From contig JBHIAE010000037.1 of NCBI GenBank assembly GCA_046758445.1, positions 1 through 27,458 of the forward strand: a stretch of DNA of 27,458 nt, given 5' to 3'. Below the pieces are notes generated by a model that did no database searches, was not told where the DNA came from, and was given only the letters and a program-made list of their open reading frames with translations. The stretch is from Candidatus Thorarchaeota archaeon. Its GTDB lineage: Archaea > Asgardarchaeota > Thorarchaeia > Thorarchaeales > Thorarchaeaceae. Shown piece by piece: positions 25,347-27,458 of this stretch; position 1 is the first letter of the stretch, and every line of letters begins with the position of its first letter. The translations under genes were made by a program, and so were the position numbers.

Positions 25347-25895
25347 ATGAGAGAGATAACATTCGAACCCCGGTTGGCCAAGCGCTTACAGAAACAGTAT
25401 CGGATGGAGAAGCCTCCAGCCAACCTGACTGAGCTCATCGAGTTTACCAAGGCACAGGTGTTGGCGACACCCGGAGGGCGGGAGCAGATCGCTTCCATCC
25501 GCGAGGGCAAAGTGACGATCGGGGAAACAGACTTAGACCGCGGGCAGTCCATCGTTTCGTCAGACGGACGCGAATTGAAGGTCATGTGCGGTTACGACTC
25601 CCTTGCGACAGCTCTGCTGCGCGGCGAGGGCCTTGTCAGGGCCACGTGCTTCCATTGCGGCGAGAAGATGGAGATAGAGATCAAGGACGGCGAACTTGTT
25701 CGCGCCTCCCACCCTTCGATTCGCTTTTGGTTTGGGGACGGCCCCAAGGGCATCTCCGTGTGCGACCACTACAACTTCTTCCCAGATCAAGAACACCTTG
25801 ATGGCTGGCTCGAAACGAACCCTGAGGAGCTTGGTGTCGCGCTCTCCCTTGACGAGGCCATAGAATTCATGGAGCTCTCCCACGAGGGATTGTGA
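25347..25895 (+). CDS. merB: Organomercurial (alkylmercury) lyase MerB-like protein
   Basis: MCGYD (catalytic Cys/Asp), 'ATCFHCGEKMEIEI' and 'VCDHYNFFPDQEHLDGW' match the MerB core motifs. Confidence 0.75.
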   Translation: MREITFEPRLAKRLQKQYRMEKPPANLTELIEFTKAQVLATPGGREQIASIREGKVTIGETDLDRGQSIVSSDGRELKVMCGYDSLATALLRGEGLVRATCFHCGEKMEIEIKDGELVRASHPSIRFWFGDGPKGISVCDHYNFFPDQEHLDGWLETNPEELGVALSLDEAIEFMELSHEGL

Positions 25896-26002
25896 GTCAG
25901 AGTTCTAAGCCCCAGATTTGAACGGTAAGGGATATCTTGGCATTTGGTTTCAATGCATAACTTTATTCCAGAATAAACTATAGTTAATGGATATGAGAGC
26001 CC

Positions 26003-27458
26003 GTGTTGGCGTTGATACTGTTGGTTGTTCTGGTCGTGGCTCCGCTAGCTGTGACGCCGCTGGCCGAATTTCAGTGGAATACAAGAATAGTTGATTCACC
26101 TGAGTCATTGCATGGTAATGAGCTGAGCAAAATGGTCTTCACACAATCACATTCTCAGGAGGATGCCATCAACGTTGCATACAGTACTTTTCTCGGCGAT
26201 ACAGAACTTGATATCAGCCAAGCCATAGCGGTTGAGGACGGAAACATCTATGTGACAGGAGCCACAATGTCCCCTGGTTTTCCTACATTCAATGCCAACG
26301 ACTCCACGTTCAACGGGGGTTGGGACGTATTCATAACGAAGCTCGCTCCTGACGGTCGGTCACTTCTGTACAGTACGTTCCTAGGAGGATCTGGAAATGA
26401 AGTTGCGTATGGCATTGCAGTGGAGAACGGGGAGGTGTACGTAACAGGCTACACAACGTCGGCCAACTTTCCTACTGTAAATGCTAATGACACCACTCAC
26501 AACGGTCAGCTTGACGCCTTTGTGACCAAGCTCTCTGCAGATGGGCAGACAATCATCTATAGCACCTTCCTTGGAGGTTCAGGGTTTGAGCAAGGCAATG
26601 CCATCGTTGTTGAGAATGGCTATGCCTATGTCGCAGGGTACACGCAATCGACCAACTTTGCGACAGCAAATGCCTATGACCCCACTCCTGGTGGGAGCGA
26701 TGATGGCTTTGTCACAAAGCTCTCCACTGATGGACAGACGCTGATCTACAGCACCTACCTTGGTGGGTCTTCATCTGACGAAGTAATGGGCATCGCAGTG
26801 GAGAACGGCTTTGCCTATGTGGGTGGAGACACCGCATCCGCCAACTTTCCAACCGTCAATGCATATGACTCAACGCTCAATGGTGCCACAACATGGGACG
26901 TCTTCATGACAAAGTTTGCTGCTGATGGCCAGTCACTGGTCTACAGCACGTTTGTGGGAGGGAGCAGCAATGACCACGTTTTCGCCATTGCATTGGAGAA
27001 CGGGAATGCCTACGTTACTGGGTACACGCCATCCACGGACTTTCCGACGGTCAATGCTTATGACTCGACATATAATGGTGGCATGTGGGATAGCATTGTG
27101 TTCGAGCTCGCTGGTGACGGTCAGTCGCTCGTCTATAGTACGTACTTGGGAGGGTCCGCCGAAGAGATTGCCCGGGGCATTGCAGTGGAGAATGGTCATG
27201 CCTATGTCTTTGGAGATGTACACTCATCCAACTTCCCGATAATTAGTGCCTCTCAATCAACAAAACGAGGCGGGTCTGATTACTACATCACCAAACTGAC
27301 CTCAGACGGGCAGTCGCTGGTCTATAGCACGTACCTCGGAGGATCCTTAGATGAAGATGCCAGAGGAATTGCAGTCGAGGACGGAGTCGCGTACGTCGCA
27401 GGATATACAGAGTCCACAGACATCCCAACGGTCGATGCATATGACCCCATATACGACG
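26003..27458 (+). CDS. Secreted SBBP-repeat (seven-bladed beta-propeller) surface protein, partial (runs off the window)
   Basis: Not in the ORF track. The frame is open from GTG 26003 to the end: VLALILLVVLVVAPLA, then 7 repeats of 'YST(F/Y)LGGS..(D/E).A..IAVENG.AYV.G.T.S.NFPT.NAYD....G..D.F.TKL..DG..L'. Confidence 0.88.
   Translation, partial: MLALILLVVLVVAPLAVTPLAEFQWNTRIVDSPESLHGNELSKMVFTQSHSQEDAINVAYSTFLGDTELDISQAIAVEDGNIYVTGATMSPGFPTFNANDSTFNGGWDVFITKLAPDGRSLLYSTFLGGSGNEVAYGIAVENGEVYVTGYTTSANFPTVNANDTTHNGQLDAFVTKLSADGQTIIYSTFLGGSGFEQGNAIVVENGYAYVAGYTQSTNFATANAYDPTPGGSDDGFVTKLSTDGQTLIYSTYLGGSSSDEVMGIAVENGFAYVGGDTASANFPTVNAYDSTLNGATTWDVFMTKFAADGQSLVYSTFVGGSSNDHVFAIALENGNAYVTGYTPSTDFPTVNAYDSTYNGGMWDSIVFELAGDGQSLVYSTYLGGSAEEIARGIAVENGHAYVFGDVHSSNFPIISASQSTKRGGSDYYITKLTSDGQSLVYSTYLGGSLDEDARGIAVEDGVAYVAGYTESTDIPTVDAYDPIYD

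Overview
Archaeal-looking window. Asgard/Thorarchaeota is inferred from the style of the Ig-like, LVIVD, NosD and SBBP surface proteins, the abundant N-x-T sequons and the TTTATATA promoters; no marker gene is present. The left part holds a giant surface-protein gene (409-8439, minus strand, ~2676 aa) broken by a single in-frame TGA at a conserved Trp position. It is followed by membrane-anchored hydrolases (M1 aminopeptidase, beta-lactamase-type serine hydrolase), a QueG-like Fe-S protein, RraA, an ICMT-like methyltransferase and small membrane proteins. The main discovery is a ~7.7 kb cassette (~17409-25084) lying between the 5' and 3' fragments of a DUF998 gene, so it appears to be an inserted element. 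It carries only two divergent genes: a 558-aa TnpB with a Fanzor-type rearranged RuvC site and a structured 3' omegaRNA-like region, and a ~1850-aa unknown protein with helical repeats, a PD-(D/E)XK nuclease and a degenerate P-loop domain. No recognisable transposase is present. The window ends with a MerB-like gene and a partial SBBP beta-propeller gene.
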